Positions 50,282 through 60,872 of a stretch of 64,000 nt of DNA are shown one piece after another. Where the stretch lies: assembly GCA_965225945.1 (NCBI GenBank), contig CBDDBZ010000035.1, forward strand, positions 192,001-256,000, read 5' to 3'. The notes under the pieces are model-generated. The model saw nothing but the letters and a program-made list of their open reading frames with translations. It had not been told where the DNA came from and ran no database searches. The stretch's first letter is position 1. Each line of letters starts with the position of its first letter. Source of the DNA: Alphaproteobacteria bacterium. Its GTDB lineage: Bacteria > Pseudomonadota > Alphaproteobacteria > GCA-2731375. The position numbers and the translations under genes are program-made.

Positions 50282-51916
50282 GTCGGCTGTTAAGAAGCGG
50301 TTCTGACCGCCGGCATTGAGATCGAGTCGGCCGATATGGCGGCGATGGTTTTGCGCGAGAGAAGCTTCAGCCACCGGAGGAGGAGGCGGAAGTCGTAGCC
50401 AGGGGCGCTATGCGGGCATTGTGATCAAGTCGGCCAATACGGCGGCGATGATTTTACGCAAAAAAAGCTTCAGCCACCTGAGGAGGAGGCGGAAGTTGTA
50501 GCCGGCGGCGCTCATCACGGCGTTGATCCGGTCGCCGAGCCGTCCCTTCAGGTGGTTCCGGTCGAGATGGCCGTCGGTCTTGCAATGGCCGATGACGGCC
50601 TCGATGGCGCTTCGTCGCCGGAGCTCCTTTTTGATCTGGCCGTGGACGCCGCGCTTCTGGCCCGACTTGAAGACCCGCAGCGGCTTCGGCGCATCGTGGC
50701 CCCGGTAGCCCTTGTCGACATAGACCCGCTCGATCGCGCGCCCCGTCAGGGTCTCGGTCTCCTCCAGCACCTCCTTCAAGGTGTGGCGGTCGTAGGGAAT
50801 GCCGGGGAGCGCCTTGGCGTGGAGGATGAACTGTCCGCCTTTGCAACGCTTGTTGGTGGTGGTGAGCGAGACCTTGACGCCGAACTCGTAGGGCTTCGCG
50901 GCTTTGCCTTTGCCGATGCACTCGACCTCGGGGGCATGCCATGAATAGAGCTTCCAGCCGCGCTGGCGTTGCTTCTGGCCACGGATCTGGCGGGCCCTGA
51001 GAAGCGCCGTCGCGAAGACTTCCTCCAGCGCCCGATCGCCCTCGATCTTGCGCTCGATATCACGGATGAGCCGGCCGAGCCGGGTCCGCAAGAACTTCAG
51101 CTCCCGGTTCATCCGCTTGAACTGTTTGGCGTGGGCGTATCGGCCCACCATCATCGCCGCCCGCCGCGCCACCCGAACATAGCTCTGGCGGAGCTCCACG
51201 CCATGGCGCTTGGCCAGCTCGCCGAGCTCGTCGATCGCCCTCTTCAGCAGTTTGGCGTCGGTCGGGAAGGTGATGTTCTTCGGCTGCACCGTGGTGTCGA
51301 CCGTGACCCGGGCGAGATCGCTCTTCTTCAGGGCGCCGGTGTCATGGGCAACGCGCAGGCTCTCTTGCAGCAGGATATCCAGGCGATCACCCAGGCGCTT
51401 CCTCCAATGGCTCAATCCCGAGCGTTCGTGGGGGAGCCCGTGCTGGAAGAATTCCTCGCCGGTGAAGTACTGGAAGTAGGGATCGTGCTCCCAACGCTCC
51501 CAGAGCTGCTCGTCGGAGAGCGTGTAGGTGTGCTTCAGCACGAACATGCCGATCATGAAGCGGACCGGCTCGGCGGGTCGGCCGTTGTCGGCGAAGCGGT
51601 CCGTCAGGTGTTCCTCGATCCAGGCCCAATTGATCCTCTCGGCCAAGAGGACGAGCGGGTGGCCCATGTTGATGATGTGGTCGAGGCGCGAACGGAAGAG
51701 GTCGTCGTGATCGGCCTTGGGAGACTGCTTCGGTCGCATGGGAGCCCTCATAATCACGAGCTTGACTATAACATGAATCAGCGAAAAATAGAACATAAAA
51801 TCAAACGAAATTGCAAGAAATCCACCTTGCCTCAGGCGATTTCTTGCAAACTCGAACCGTGCCTCACGACGAATACACCAACGATGCCGCCGAAATTCGG
51901 GAATTTAACGGCCGAC
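50282..51916 (-). mobile_element. IS5-family insertion sequence
   Basis: TIR GTCGGCTGTTAA / TTAACGGCCGAC; flanking duplication TATTTG (50276-50281, 51917-51922). Confidence 0.88.
50408..51739 (-). CDS. IS5 family transposase
   Basis: LFRSRLDHII, VDTTVQPKNITFPTD, KPYEFGVK, VDKGYRG, RRSAIEAVIGHCK. Confidence 0.93.
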   Translation of the reverse strand: MRPKQSPKADHDDLFRSRLDHIINMGHPLVLLAERINWAWIEEHLTDRFADNGRPAEPVRFMIGMFVLKHTYTLSDEQLWERWEHDPYFQYFTGEEFFQHGLPHERSGLSHWRKRLGDRLDILLQESLRVAHDTGALKKSDLARVTVDTTVQPKNITFPTDAKLLKRAIDELGELAKRHGVELRQSYVRVARRAAMMVGRYAHAKQFKRMNRELKFLRTRLGRLIRDIERKIEGDRALEEVFATALLRARQIRGQKQRQRGWKLYSWHAPEVECIGKGKAAKPYEFGVKVSLTTTNKRCKGGQFILHAKALPGIPYDRHTLKEVLEETETLTGRAIERVYVDKGYRGHDAPKPLRVFKSGQKRGVHGQIKKELRRRSAIEAVIGHCKTDGHLDRNHLKGRLGDRINAVMSAAGYNFRLLLRWLKLFLRKIIAAVLADLITMPA

Positions 51917-51995
51917 TATTTGGAATATTCGGATCGTATTATAAACGCGCTCGAAAACGTCGTCATCAGCCGCCTGGGCGCGCTTACTCTCCGCC

Positions 51996-53036
51996 TCAAG
52001 GGCGGAGGGCGGCCTCCGCCGCGCCCGAGCCGGGCAAGCCGAACTCGCGCGCCAGCAGGGCGTAGCTTCGCCGCCGCGCCGCCTCGTCGTGGGTCCAGGT
52101 GACGATCGCCACTTCGTCGACCTCCAGCTCGCCCGCCAGCGCGCGAATCCGCGCCGCCACCTGCGGGGCCGCGCCCACCAACTCGTGGCGGCGGTACTGC
52201 TCGATTCGGCCCTCCTGTCCGGCTTCGCGCAAAAAGTCCATCGCGACCTCCGCCGGCTCGAACGGCACGAAGACGCCCCGGTCGCGATGGATGCGGAACT
52301 TGACGCGAGAGGCATAGTGGAAGAGCGCCTCCTCCTCGCTCTCGGCTACCAGCGCCCAGACGCAGATCCCGGCCACCGGCTCCGGGTGCCGTTCGCTCGG
52401 CTGGTAGCCGTCGCGGTACATGGCTATCGCCTCGCGCCCGCCCTGGCCGTCGGTGAAGAACCAGGCGAAGCTGTAGGGGAGGCCGAAGTGGGCGCCGACC
52501 TGGGCGCCGTAGCCGGAACTGCCGAGCATCCAGACTTCGGGCACGGTCGGGCCCATGGGGTGGACCTTGAGGCTGGCGAAGACGTGGTCCTCCGGCAGGG
52601 CTGTGTCCGAGATCCAGGCGATCAGGTCGCTGACGTCGCTCGGGAACTGCGCCGCCCGCTGGTTCGCCAGCGGATGGAGGGCGAAGGCGGTGCGCCCGTC
52701 CGAGCCCGGCGCCCGGCCCAGGCCCAGATCGATCCGCCCCGGCGCCAGCGCGTCCAGCACGCGGAACTGCTCCGCCACCTTGAAGGCGGAATAATGCGGC
52801 AGCATCACCCCGGCGCTGCCGATGCGAATGCGCGACGTCACCTGGGCGATCGCGGCGATCAGGATCTCCGGCGCGGTGCCGACGATGGTCGGGTGGTTGT
52901 GGTGCTCGGAGACCCAGAAGCGGTGATAACCCAGCTCTTCACAGTGGCGGGCGAGCGCGATGGTGTCCTGGATCGAGGCTGAGTGCGGACGCCCCTCCAC
53001 GGCGATGGACTGGTCGAGAATGGCGAGACGTGGCAT
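51996..53036 (-). CDS. LLM-class luciferase-like oxidoreductase (group 1)
   Basis: RFWVSEHH, RIGSAGVMLPHYS, GRIDLGLGRAPG, WMLGSS. Confidence 0.9.
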   Translation of the reverse strand: MPRLAILDQSIAVEGRPHSASIQDTIALARHCEELGYHRFWVSEHHNHPTIVGTAPEILIAAIAQVTSRIRIGSAGVMLPHYSAFKVAEQFRVLDALAPGRIDLGLGRAPGSDGRTAFALHPLANQRAAQFPSDVSDLIAWISDTALPEDHVFASLKVHPMGPTVPEVWMLGSSGYGAQVGAHFGLPYSFAWFFTDGQGGREAIAMYRDGYQPSERHPEPVAGICVWALVAESEEEALFHYASRVKFRIHRDRGVFVPFEPAEVAMDFLREAGQEGRIEQYRRHELVGAAPQVAARIRALAGELEVDEVAIVTWTHDEAARRRSYALLAREFGLPGSGAAEAALRP

Positions 53037-53064
53037 GCCTCGATCTCAGCTCGCCCGGCGGGGC

Positions 53065-54537
53065 TCAGTCGAGCAACGCGGCGCCGAAGTTCCTGGCCGG
53101 ATCCATCTCCGGCACCGGCTGACGAAGCGGGCGGGCCGGCTCGGGCAGGTCGCAGGGCAGGAACTCGCCCGAGCCACGCTCGACCTCGAGCTTTCCGTCC
53201 TCGACCACGATCCGCCCCCGGCTCGCCACCACCACCGGCCAGCCGGTGACCACCCGGCCTTCATAAGGCGTGTAGCCGACGTTGTCGTGCAGGATGTCCC
53301 AGGTCACGGTCCGGGTCTCCTCGGGATCCCAGATCGCGAAGTCGGCGTCGGAGCCGACGGCGATCGTCCCCTTGCGCGGATAGAGGCCATAGAGCTTGGC
53401 GGCATTGCTCGAGGCCAGCTCGACGAAACGGTTGAGGTCGATCCGCCCCTTGCCCACGCCTTCCGAGAACAGCAGCGGCAGGCGCAGCTCGATGCCGGGG
53501 ACGCCGTTGGCGATCTCCGTGAAGCGCGGGTTCGGCCCCTTGGCGAGCTTCCCGGTCTCGTCGAAGCGGTAGGGCGCATGGTCGGAGGAGAACACCTGGA
53601 AGGTGTCGTTCTGGAGCCCGCGCCAGACCGCTTCTTGGGACTCCGCGTCGCGCGGCGGCGGGCTGCAGCAAAACTTGGCGCCCTCGGCGCCGGGCTTGTC
53701 GAGATCGTCGGCCGTCAGGAAGAGATATTGCGGGCAGGTCTCGCCGTAAACCCGCAATCCCCGGTTGCGCGCCCAGAGGATCCGCTCCATCGCGCGGGGC
53801 TCCGAGACATGGACGATCAGCACCGGCACGTCGATCAGCTCCGCCAGGTGGATGGCGCGGTTGGTCGCCTCACCCTCGGCGAGGCGGGCGTGACTGATGG
53901 CGTGGTACTTCGGCTCGACGTGGCCCTTGGTCGTGAGTTTGTCGGTGAGCCAGCGGATCACGTCGTAGTTTTCCGCGTGGACCATCACCATGGCGCCCTC
54001 GCGCCGCGCCACCTCCATCACCCGCAGCATCTGATAGTCGTCGAGCTGCAGGCGCTCGTAGGTCATGTAGACCTTGAAGGAGGTATAGCCGTCCTTGATC
54101 AGGGCCGGCAGCTCCTGGCCCAGCACCTGCTCGCTCGGGTCCGAGACGATCAGGTGGAAGGCGTAGTCGATCACCGCCTTCGGCAGGGCGAGCGCGTGAT
54201 AGTCGGCGACCGTCTTGCGCAGGGAATCGCCGCGCTGCTGGGCGGCGAAGGGAATCACCGTGGTGGTGCCGCCGAAGGCCGCCGAGACGGTGCCGCTGTA
54301 AAAGTCGTCGGCGTTGACGATGCCGGCGCCGACGGAAGAGATCTGCTCGATATGAACGTGGCTGTCGATGCCGCCCGGCAGCACCAGCTTGCCGGCGGCG
54401 TCGATCTCGCGCGCGCCCGTGCCCAGCGCCTCGCCCAAGGCCACGATCCGGCCGTCCCTGACGCCGACGTCGCACGCTGTGGTGTCGGAGGCCGTGGCCA
54501 CCGTGCCGCCGCGCACCACGAGATCGTATTCCGCCAT
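53065..54537 (-). CDS. hydA: Dihydropyrimidinase / D-hydantoinase
   Basis: PGGIDSHVH, GGTTT, SFKVYMTY, VHAEN, ETCPQYL, SSDHAPY. Confidence 0.9.
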   Translation of the reverse strand: MAEYDLVVRGGTVATASDTTACDVGVRDGRIVALGEALGTGAREIDAAGKLVLPGGIDSHVHIEQISSVGAGIVNADDFYSGTVSAAFGGTTTVIPFAAQQRGDSLRKTVADYHALALPKAVIDYAFHLIVSDPSEQVLGQELPALIKDGYTSFKVYMTYERLQLDDYQMLRVMEVARREGAMVMVHAENYDVIRWLTDKLTTKGHVEPKYHAISHARLAEGEATNRAIHLAELIDVPVLIVHVSEPRAMERILWARNRGLRVYGETCPQYLFLTADDLDKPGAEGAKFCCSPPPRDAESQEAVWRGLQNDTFQVFSSDHAPYRFDETGKLAKGPNPRFTEIANGVPGIELRLPLLFSEGVGKGRIDLNRFVELASSNAAKLYGLYPRKGTIAVGSDADFAIWDPEETRTVTWDILHDNVGYTPYEGRVVTGWPVVVASRGRIVVEDGKLEVERGSGEFLPCDLPEPARPLRQPVPEMDPARNFGAALLD

Positions 54538-54602
54538 CGCCTCGATCCTCCCCGCAGATTTCCGGGCCATACTGCGACCTCGGGCGAGGCTTGGCAACGC
54601 GC

Positions 54603-55361
54603 TCAGCCGAGCGCCAGGCCGAGCAGGGTGTAAAGCGCGGCGCCGAGCAGCGCCAGCAGCACCACGCGGCGGAAGGTCGCCTGGCCCCATCGCCCGGCGA
54701 GCCGCTGGCCGGCGAGCGCGCCCACCACCGCGAACGGAAGCAACACCGCCGCTTGGCTCCAGATCGTGGGCTCGATGCCGGCGATCGTCGTCTGGATCGC
54801 CAGCGCCGCGACATAGCACACGATCAGATAGGCGAGCGTCGTCGCCCGGATCACCTCCTTGGCGGCGCCGATCGCGGTCAGATAGAGCAGGATCGGCGGC
54901 CCCGGCATAGCGAGCGCGGTGGCCAGCACGCCGCCCACCGCGCCGACGGCGACGTCGAGCACCGGGCGGAGGCGAATGTCCTCCACCGCGTCGCCCTCGT
55001 CTTGCCGCTCGCGGGCGAACAACAGGCGGCCGGCCAGAGCCAGGATGAACAAGGCGACGACGAGCTTCATCACCTCGAGGCTCGCCACCAGATAGAGCGA
55101 CATGCCGATCGGCAGGCCGAGAAGGGAGCCCGCCAGCAACCGGCCGAGCAATCGGGTCGCGATCTGGCGCCGCAATCCCGGCACCAGGACCAGCGAGATC
55201 GCCAGCGATATCACGATGGTGAGCTGCACGGCGGCGAGCGAGTCGAGGATCGCCAGATAGAAGGCGATGACCAGCAGGGCGTAGCCGAAGCCGGTGGCGC
55301 CCTGGAGGCCACCGGCCACGGCCGAGACCACGATCAGCGCCGCCCACGCGCCCACGCCCAT
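54603..55361 (-). CDS. TauE/SafE family membrane exporter
   Basis: GATGFGYAL and AMPGPP motifs with about 8 TM helices. Confidence 0.8.
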   Translation of the reverse strand: MGVGAWAALIVVSAVAGGLQGATGFGYALLVIAFYLAILDSLAAVQLTIVISLAISLVLVPGLRRQIATRLLGRLLAGSLLGLPIGMSLYLVASLEVMKLVVALFILALAGRLLFARERQDEGDAVEDIRLRPVLDVAVGAVGGVLATALAMPGPPILLYLTAIGAAKEVIRATTLAYLIVCYVAALAIQTTIAGIEPTIWSQAAVLLPFAVVGALAGQRLAGRWGQATFRRVVLLALLGAALYTLLGLALG

Positions 55362-55443
55362 TCGCCGCCGCCTCCGCGCCCTGAGCCGAATCTGTCTCGC
55401 GATCAGAGCGGAGCGCGGCGAGGAAGGCAACGGCCATGGTGCG

Positions 55444-55617
55444 CAGGGCAATCGCGTGAAGTGATGGACACGGCCTTGAACCTGCGTCGACCGCCGCGAA
55501 TGGGCCATTGAGGCCCCGCGAGCCCATGCGAGCAGCGCCCGAGCGCCCGATTGGGCGCGCCCGGCGTGTGAGGGAACAAGAAGAATCCAGGGCAATCGCG
55601 TTCACGCGATTGCCCTG
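55444..55617. repeat. 174-bp palindromic element, copy 2
   Basis: Same length and terminal IRs as 12723-12896, roughly 10 substitutions. Confidence 0.9.
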
Positions 55618-55715
55618 GATGGTGCGCCGTCGATCTGGACAGCCTCGCGGACAGTTGAGACAATGCGTTATCCGCGCACCGATTCGCGGATTTGGGGGCC
55701 ATTGGGGAGGGTACC

Positions 55716-56312
55716 ATGGCGGGAATCTTGAGCGACCTCAACAAGACGATCGGTGCCGGCGTGGTGCTGGCGGTCGTCCTGTTTCTACTTTATCTGGGCC
55801 TAGGGGGCTTCTCGAACGAACTTTTCTGGGCCTTCCTGTTTCGCTGGCTGCACGTCTTGAGTGGCGTCATGTGGATCGGCATCTTGTGGTACTTCAACTT
55901 CGTGCAGATCCCCAACATGGCCAACATTCCGGACGAGCAGAAGCCCGCGATCTCCAAGGTGATCGCGCCGGCGGCCTTGTTCTGGTTCCGCTGGGCGGCG
56001 ATGGCGACCATCGTCACCGGCTTGATCCTGGCCTGGCTGAACGACTATCTGGTCGACGCGATCATGCTCAGCGCGACGAATGGCGTGGGGAAGCACACCA
56101 TGATCGGCATCGGCATGTGGCTCGGCGTCATCATGTGGGCCAACGTCTGGTTCGTGATCTGGCCGAACCAGCAGCGGGCGCTCGGCCTCGTCGACGCCGA
56201 CGCCGACAGCAAGGCCAAGTCGGCCCGCACCGCGATGCTGTTCTCGCGCACCAACACGCTGCTCTCGGTGCCGATGCTGTTCGCGATGGTCTCGGCCCAG
56301 AACCTGTTCTAG
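55716..56312 (+). CDS. Urate hydroxylase PuuD-like membrane protein (short form, no cytochrome c domain)
   Basis: GGGGAGG RBS; RWLHVLSGVMWIGILWYFNF, WFRWAA, NVWFVIWPNQ, SRTNT. Confidence 0.75.
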   Translation: MAGILSDLNKTIGAGVVLAVVLFLLYLGLGGFSNELFWAFLFRWLHVLSGVMWIGILWYFNFVQIPNMANIPDEQKPAISKVIAPAALFWFRWAAMATIVTGLILAWLNDYLVDAIMLSATNGVGKHTMIGIGMWLGVIMWANVWFVIWPNQQRALGLVDADADSKAKSARTAMLFSRTNTLLSVPMLFAMVSAQNLF

Positions 56313-56363
56313 GCCGCAGCCGCCCGCCGCCTCGCCGGGCACGGGCCGCGCCACGACACGAAA

Positions 56364-56391
56364 CCCCGCCCGGCCGACGCGCCGGGCGGGG
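56364..56391 (+). terminator. GC-rich hairpin downstream of puuD-like gene
   Basis: CCCCGCCCGGC-CGACGC-GCCGGGCGGGG; no clear U tract. Confidence 0.4.
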
Positions 56392-56483
56392 GTCCGCGCG
56401 GGGCGCTTCGCATTCCCATATGGTCGGATCATGCTCTAAGGTGGCGGAGACGCGGTTCCCGCCAGCGACGAGGGCAAACCCGC

Positions 56484-57656
56484 ATGTTGCCGAACGCCTA
56501 TCCCAGCCTCGACTTCGGGCTCGGCGAGACCGCCGATATGCTGCGCGACAGCGTCGCCAGCTTCGCCGCCGACCACATAGCACCCCGGGCCGACGAGGTC
56601 GACCGCTCCAACGAGTTCCCGCGCGACCTCTGGCCGATGATCGGCGAATTGGGCCTCCACGGCATCACCGTGGAGGAGGACCATGGCGGCGCCGGCATGG
56701 GCTACCTGGAGCACGTGATCGCGGTGGAGGAGATCTCGCGCGCCTCCGGCTCGATCGGCCTCAGCTACGGCGCGCACTCCAACCTCTGCGTCAACCAGAT
56801 ACGGCGCAACGCCAGCGAGGAACAGAAGCGGCGCTACCTGCCGAAGCTGATCTCGGGCGAGCATGTGGGCGCGCTTGCGATGTCGGAGACCTCGGCCGGC
56901 TCGGACGTGGTCTCGATGAAGCTGCGGGCGGAGAAGAAGGGCGACCGCTACGTGCTCAACGGCACCAAGATGTGGATCACCAACGGGCCGGACGCCGACG
57001 TCCTCTTCGTTTATGCCAAGACCGATCCCGAGGCCGGGCCCAGGGGCATCTCGGCCTTCCTGATCGAGAAGGATTTCGCCGGCTTCGCCACGGCCCAGAA
57101 GCTCGACAAGCTCGGCATGCGCGGCTCCAACACCTGCGAATTGCTGTTCGAGGATTGCGAGGTGCCGGCGGAGAACCTGGTCGGGGCCGAGAACGACGGC
57201 GTGGGCGTGCTGATGAGCGGGCTCGACTACGAGCGCGCGGTGCTGGCGGCGGGGCCGCTCGGCATCATGCAGTCGTGCATGGACGTTGTGCTCCCCTACG
57301 TCCACCAGCGCGAGCAGTTCGGCCGGCCGATCGGCGAATTTCAACTGATGCAGGGCAAGCTCGCCGACATGTACACGACCATGAACGCGACCCGGGCCTA
57401 CGTCTATGCCGTCGCCAAGGCCTGCGACCGGGGGCGGACGATGCGCAAGGATGCCGCCGGCGCCATTCTCTACGCCGCCGAGAAGGCGACCTGGATGACG
57501 CTGGAGGCGATCCAGGCCTTGGGCGGCATGGGCTACGTCAACGAGTCGCCGACGGGTCGCCTCTTGCGCGACGCCAAGCTTTACGAGATCGGCGCCGGAA
57601 CCTCGGAGATCCGGCGGATGTTGATCGGCCGGGAGTTGTTCAACGAGACGGCGTGA
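56484..57656 (+). CDS. ivd: Isovaleryl-CoA dehydrogenase
   Basis: [50 protein letters not shown]. Confidence 0.92.
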   Translation: MLPNAYPSLDFGLGETADMLRDSVASFAADHIAPRADEVDRSNEFPRDLWPMIGELGLHGITVEEDHGGAGMGYLEHVIAVEEISRASGSIGLSYGAHSNLCVNQIRRNASEEQKRRYLPKLISGEHVGALAMSETSAGSDVVSMKLRAEKKGDRYVLNGTKMWITNGPDADVLFVYAKTDPEAGPRGISAFLIEKDFAGFATAQKLDKLGMRGSNTCELLFEDCEVPAENLVGAENDGVGVLMSGLDYERAVLAAGPLGIMQSCMDVVLPYVHQREQFGRPIGEFQLMQGKLADMYTTMNATRAYVYAVAKACDRGRTMRKDAAGAILYAAEKATWMTLEAIQALGGMGYVNESPTGRLLRDAKLYEIGAGTSEIRRMLIGRELFNETA

Positions 57657-57694
57657 GGGGCCGAGCCGCGCCGAGCCTTCGAGCCTGTTGCGCT

Positions 57695-58945
57695 TTAGAG
57701 AAAGGCGCCCAGATGCCACTCCAGCTCCTCGGGCGGCACCGGAAAGTCGGTGCCGTTGCGGGCCAGCAGCAGTTTCGGCGGCGGAATGCGGGCCGGGCCG
57801 GACTGAAGCTGAATCGCCGAGCGCATCGAATAGCCCGCCTTCCAGGCGAGCGCCGTCACCGCTTTGGCGCTGCCGGAGCGCATGACCTTTTCGATCGCGT
57901 TGGTTCCCAGGCCGGTCTTTTGCGCCAGCACCTCGACCACGAACTCCCGCTGGCCGCCGTCGATCGCCGATTGCAGGGCTTCGTCGTCGACGACGCCGGC
58001 GTCGGCGAGCGTGCGGGCCCGGCCAGCATCGCGCTCGCTCTCGGCGCCGTTGGATTCGCGAATCCGCGTGCGCACCCGACGGCCGAGGTCCTTGCGCGTG
58101 ACCTCGTCCAGATCGTTCCTGAGCGCCAGGATCTCGATCAGGGACGCGGCGACGAAGCCGGCGATGCGCCGCACCGCTCGGATCGAGAGGTCCGGCCGCT
58201 CGACCAGCGGCGCGTGCCAGCCCTCGACCTCGACCGCGTTGTCGATCAGCGCGTCGAGCGTCTCCTCGCGGATCTGCGCGCTCTTGTTGGCCAACAGCGT
58301 GGCGACGGCGGCGACGTCGAGGGTAGCGGCCACCGCGTCCGAGACCTCGCCCGAGAGCGTCTCGCGACGGGCGACGGCGCCCAGCGCCTCCGAGGCCAGG
58401 CCGGCGGCGATCAGCTCGCGCAGGTCGTCGTCGCCCAGCAGCGGCGAATATTCCAGGACCGGTGCCGCGACGATCGCCTCGGCGTCACGCGCCAGGCGGC
58501 GGACCATGTCAGGCGGAACGCTACGGGTGGACTTGATCTCCTCGGCAACGATGGCGCGAACTCGAGGCAGTTGGTCCCGCGCCAGGGTCTCCAGGATCTC
58601 CAGCGCCAAGTCGCCGACACGCTCGCGATCGCCCGCGTCCATATCGGGTACCAGCCGGGCCATCTTGCGGGCGAGTTCGGCGCGGACATCGTCGTCGCTG
58701 TCTTCCGCCAGCAGTTTGTCGGCCTGGACCGGCGTCGCCCGATTGACGGCGATGTCGCGGCGGATGGCGCTGTCCGCGTCGCTGGCGAGGTAATAGAGCA
58801 TCTCCGGCCGGGTATCGGTGGCCCGCGCCAGCTTCCGGCGCGCCGGACGATCCGCCGAAGAGACCAGCGCACGCTGCGCGCCGTAGTCGAGTTCGTGTTG
58901 CGCGGCGTCGCCATCGCGCGCCCGTCGAAACAAACTCAGCAGCAT
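57695..58945 (-). CDS. DUF2336 domain-containing protein
   Basis: HEAT-like repeats; LARD..AIVAAPVLEYSPLL, LLANKSAQI. Confidence 0.8.
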   Translation of the reverse strand: MLLSLFRRARDGDAAQHELDYGAQRALVSSADRPARRKLARATDTRPEMLYYLASDADSAIRRDIAVNRATPVQADKLLAEDSDDDVRAELARKMARLVPDMDAGDRERVGDLALEILETLARDQLPRVRAIVAEEIKSTRSVPPDMVRRLARDAEAIVAAPVLEYSPLLGDDDLRELIAAGLASEALGAVARRETLSGEVSDAVAATLDVAAVATLLANKSAQIREETLDALIDNAVEVEGWHAPLVERPDLSIRAVRRIAGFVAASLIEILALRNDLDEVTRKDLGRRVRTRIRESNGAESERDAGRARTLADAGVVDDEALQSAIDGGQREFVVEVLAQKTGLGTNAIEKVMRSGSAKAVTALAWKAGYSMRSAIQLQSGPARIPPPKLLLARNGTDFPVPPEELEWHLGAFL

Positions 58946-58958
58946 CTCAGGTCTCCTC

Positions 58959-60653
58959 TCACATTGCCGGGCCGACCAGGGCGACCCGGTTCTTGCCGCC
59001 CTGCTTGGCCAGGTACATCTGTCGGTCGGCCTGCTCGATCAGTGCCTCGACCGAGATGCGCGCATCGGCGTCGGTCACCGCGATGCCGATCGAAAGCGAG
59101 AGAGGGCGTTCGTCGTCGGCCGAGAAATCACGCAAGCCCGCCGCGGCCGCGACCAGCCTTTGCGCCTTGGCGAGACCGCCGGGCTGGTCCGCGCCGTCGA
59201 GCCAGACGACGAACTCGTCGCCGCCGAGGCGCGCCATCAGGTCGCCCGTGCGGACGGCGCCTTCGAGAATGCTTGCCAGCGCCACCAACACCTCGTCTCC
59301 CCGCGCGTGGCCGTGGGTGTCGTTCACCGGCTTGAAGTTGTCGAGATCGAGGTAGAGCAAGGTGCCCCGGGCGCGGCGGTCGCCGTCGAGACGGGCCTGA
59401 AGTTCATCCAAAAATCCGCGCCGGTTGGCGAGGCCGGTCAGCTCGTCGGTGGTGGAGAGGGCGCGGAGCTTGTCCTGTATGGTGGCCTGGGCTATGGCGA
59501 TGCCGAGTTGCGCCGCAACGCCGGCGAGAAAGCTCTCTTCCTCCTCCGTCCAGGGTCCCCGCGCGGCCGCCCTGGAGACGGCGAGGTGCCCCAGTCGTTT
59601 CCCGCGATAGGCGCAATGGACGGCGAGCGCGATTGTTTGGGGGCGGCCGGGATCGACAGCGAAGGGCCGGGGATCGTCGGCGGCCGGGCTCGAGCTTTCG
59701 AGGTCGCTCGGCGGCGGCGTGGCATCGTCGCCGTGGCGAGCGACCACCTCGGTCACCCCCGCGCCCCGCAGCACCCAGCAGTTCTCCGCGCCCAGCGCGT
59801 CGGCGATGGAGCCGGCGGCGGCGCGGAACATCGCCTCGGGCGTCGCCTCGGTGCGGATCGCATCGACGACGGCACGCATCAGGGCCTCGCGCTGCTCGGC
59901 CCTGCTCAACGCCGCCTGCTGCATCCGCTCCACGGTGACGTCGCGGCAGACCCCTCGGGCGCCGCGCCAGCCATTCGCGCCTTCGCCGACCGGCAGGCTC
60001 GAAACGCGGACGCAGGCGACCTCGCCGGTGCCGCCATCGAGCCGGAGCTCGTGCTCGCTCACCGGCGCCCGGCAGAGGAAGGGGGAATCGCCCGCGCTCT
60101 CGGCGGGCTCGCCGGTCAGCAGGGTGAAGCTCTCGCCGACCAGGGCGTTCGCCGCGTGACCCAGCGCGCCGCCCGGCGAGATGAAGGTGAAGCGGCCCTC
60201 GGCATCGGTCTCCCAGGCGAAGTCGGCGGAGCAGGTGACGAGGTCCTTGTAAAGGGCGCGGCTGGCGGCGAGCGCGCGGGTGAGGTTGTGTTCGAGGGTT
60301 GCTTCCCGCCCCAGGATCAACACGCCGTCGCTCGGCTCGCCCGCGAGCGGCAGCAGGGTCAGATCGAACACCCGGCACTCCTCGCCGAGCTCGATCTCGA
60401 CCCGGGTGATCCAGGGCACGTGGCCGATCAGGGTACGGATGACGTGGTCGCGCAGGCGCTCGGCGGCGGCGACCATGAGAATTCGGCCACTGGCGTTGCT
60501 GGCGCGGAACGTGCCGTCGGCGTCGATATGCAGCGCGGGCCCGGCGTAGCGCGCGACCATGGTCTCGGGCACCAGCCAGGCGCGTTCGCCGCGCGCGGGC
60601 CCGTCCGTCGTGACCGCCACTTCGTGCAGGCTGTCCGTCCCCACGCGCACCAC
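58959..60653 (-). CDS. Diguanylate cyclase with PAS and GAF domains
   Basis: DELTGLANRRGF, LDLDNFKPVND..GH..GD, ARLGGDEF, MYLAKQGGKN. Confidence 0.9.
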   Translation of the reverse strand: MVRVGTDSLHEVAVTTDGPARGERAWLVPETMVARYAGPALHIDADGTFRASNASGRILMVAAAERLRDHVIRTLIGHVPWITRVEIELGEECRVFDLTLLPLAGEPSDGVLILGREATLEHNLTRALAASRALYKDLVTCSADFAWETDAEGRFTFISPGGALGHAANALVGESFTLLTGEPAESAGDSPFLCRAPVSEHELRLDGGTGEVACVRVSSLPVGEGANGWRGARGVCRDVTVERMQQAALSRAEQREALMRAVVDAIRTEATPEAMFRAAAGSIADALGAENCWVLRGAGVTEVVARHGDDATPPPSDLESSSPAADDPRPFAVDPGRPQTIALAVHCAYRGKRLGHLAVSRAAARGPWTEEEESFLAGVAAQLGIAIAQATIQDKLRALSTTDELTGLANRRGFLDELQARLDGDRRARGTLLYLDLDNFKPVNDTHGHARGDEVLVALASILEGAVRTGDLMARLGGDEFVVWLDGADQPGGLAKAQRLVAAAAGLRDFSADDERPLSLSIGIAVTDADARISVEALIEQADRQMYLAKQGGKNRVALVGPAM

Positions 60654-60872
60654 CTTCGCTCCTCGGAAGCTTCGATTTCCCCCGACCGCCGATGTTACGC
60701 AGCGGGACTTAACGTCGTCTTAAGTGGGGCGGGAAGTCGGCACGGGCGGAATAGGACCCGGTGCGGCTCTGCTGGCGAGATGCTTCTCGAGATGTTTTCT
60801 AATATAGCATAGGGCTTGAAGCACTGCAGCGATATGCTAATATGAACTTGCTAGGTTGGCGCGGGGAATATC

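Noticed and set aside
50312-50504. Template/variable repeat pair of a diversity-generating retroelement
   Set aside because: Differences are not confined to adenines on one strand and there is no reverse transcriptase in the window
55508-59335. 1275-aa ORF and other long overlapping ORFs (e.g. 796-2973, 4024-6102, 6229-8115, 8801-10345)
   Set aside because: Alternative-frame or antisense shadows of recognisable genes in high-GC DNA; Arg/Pro/Gly-rich with no motifs
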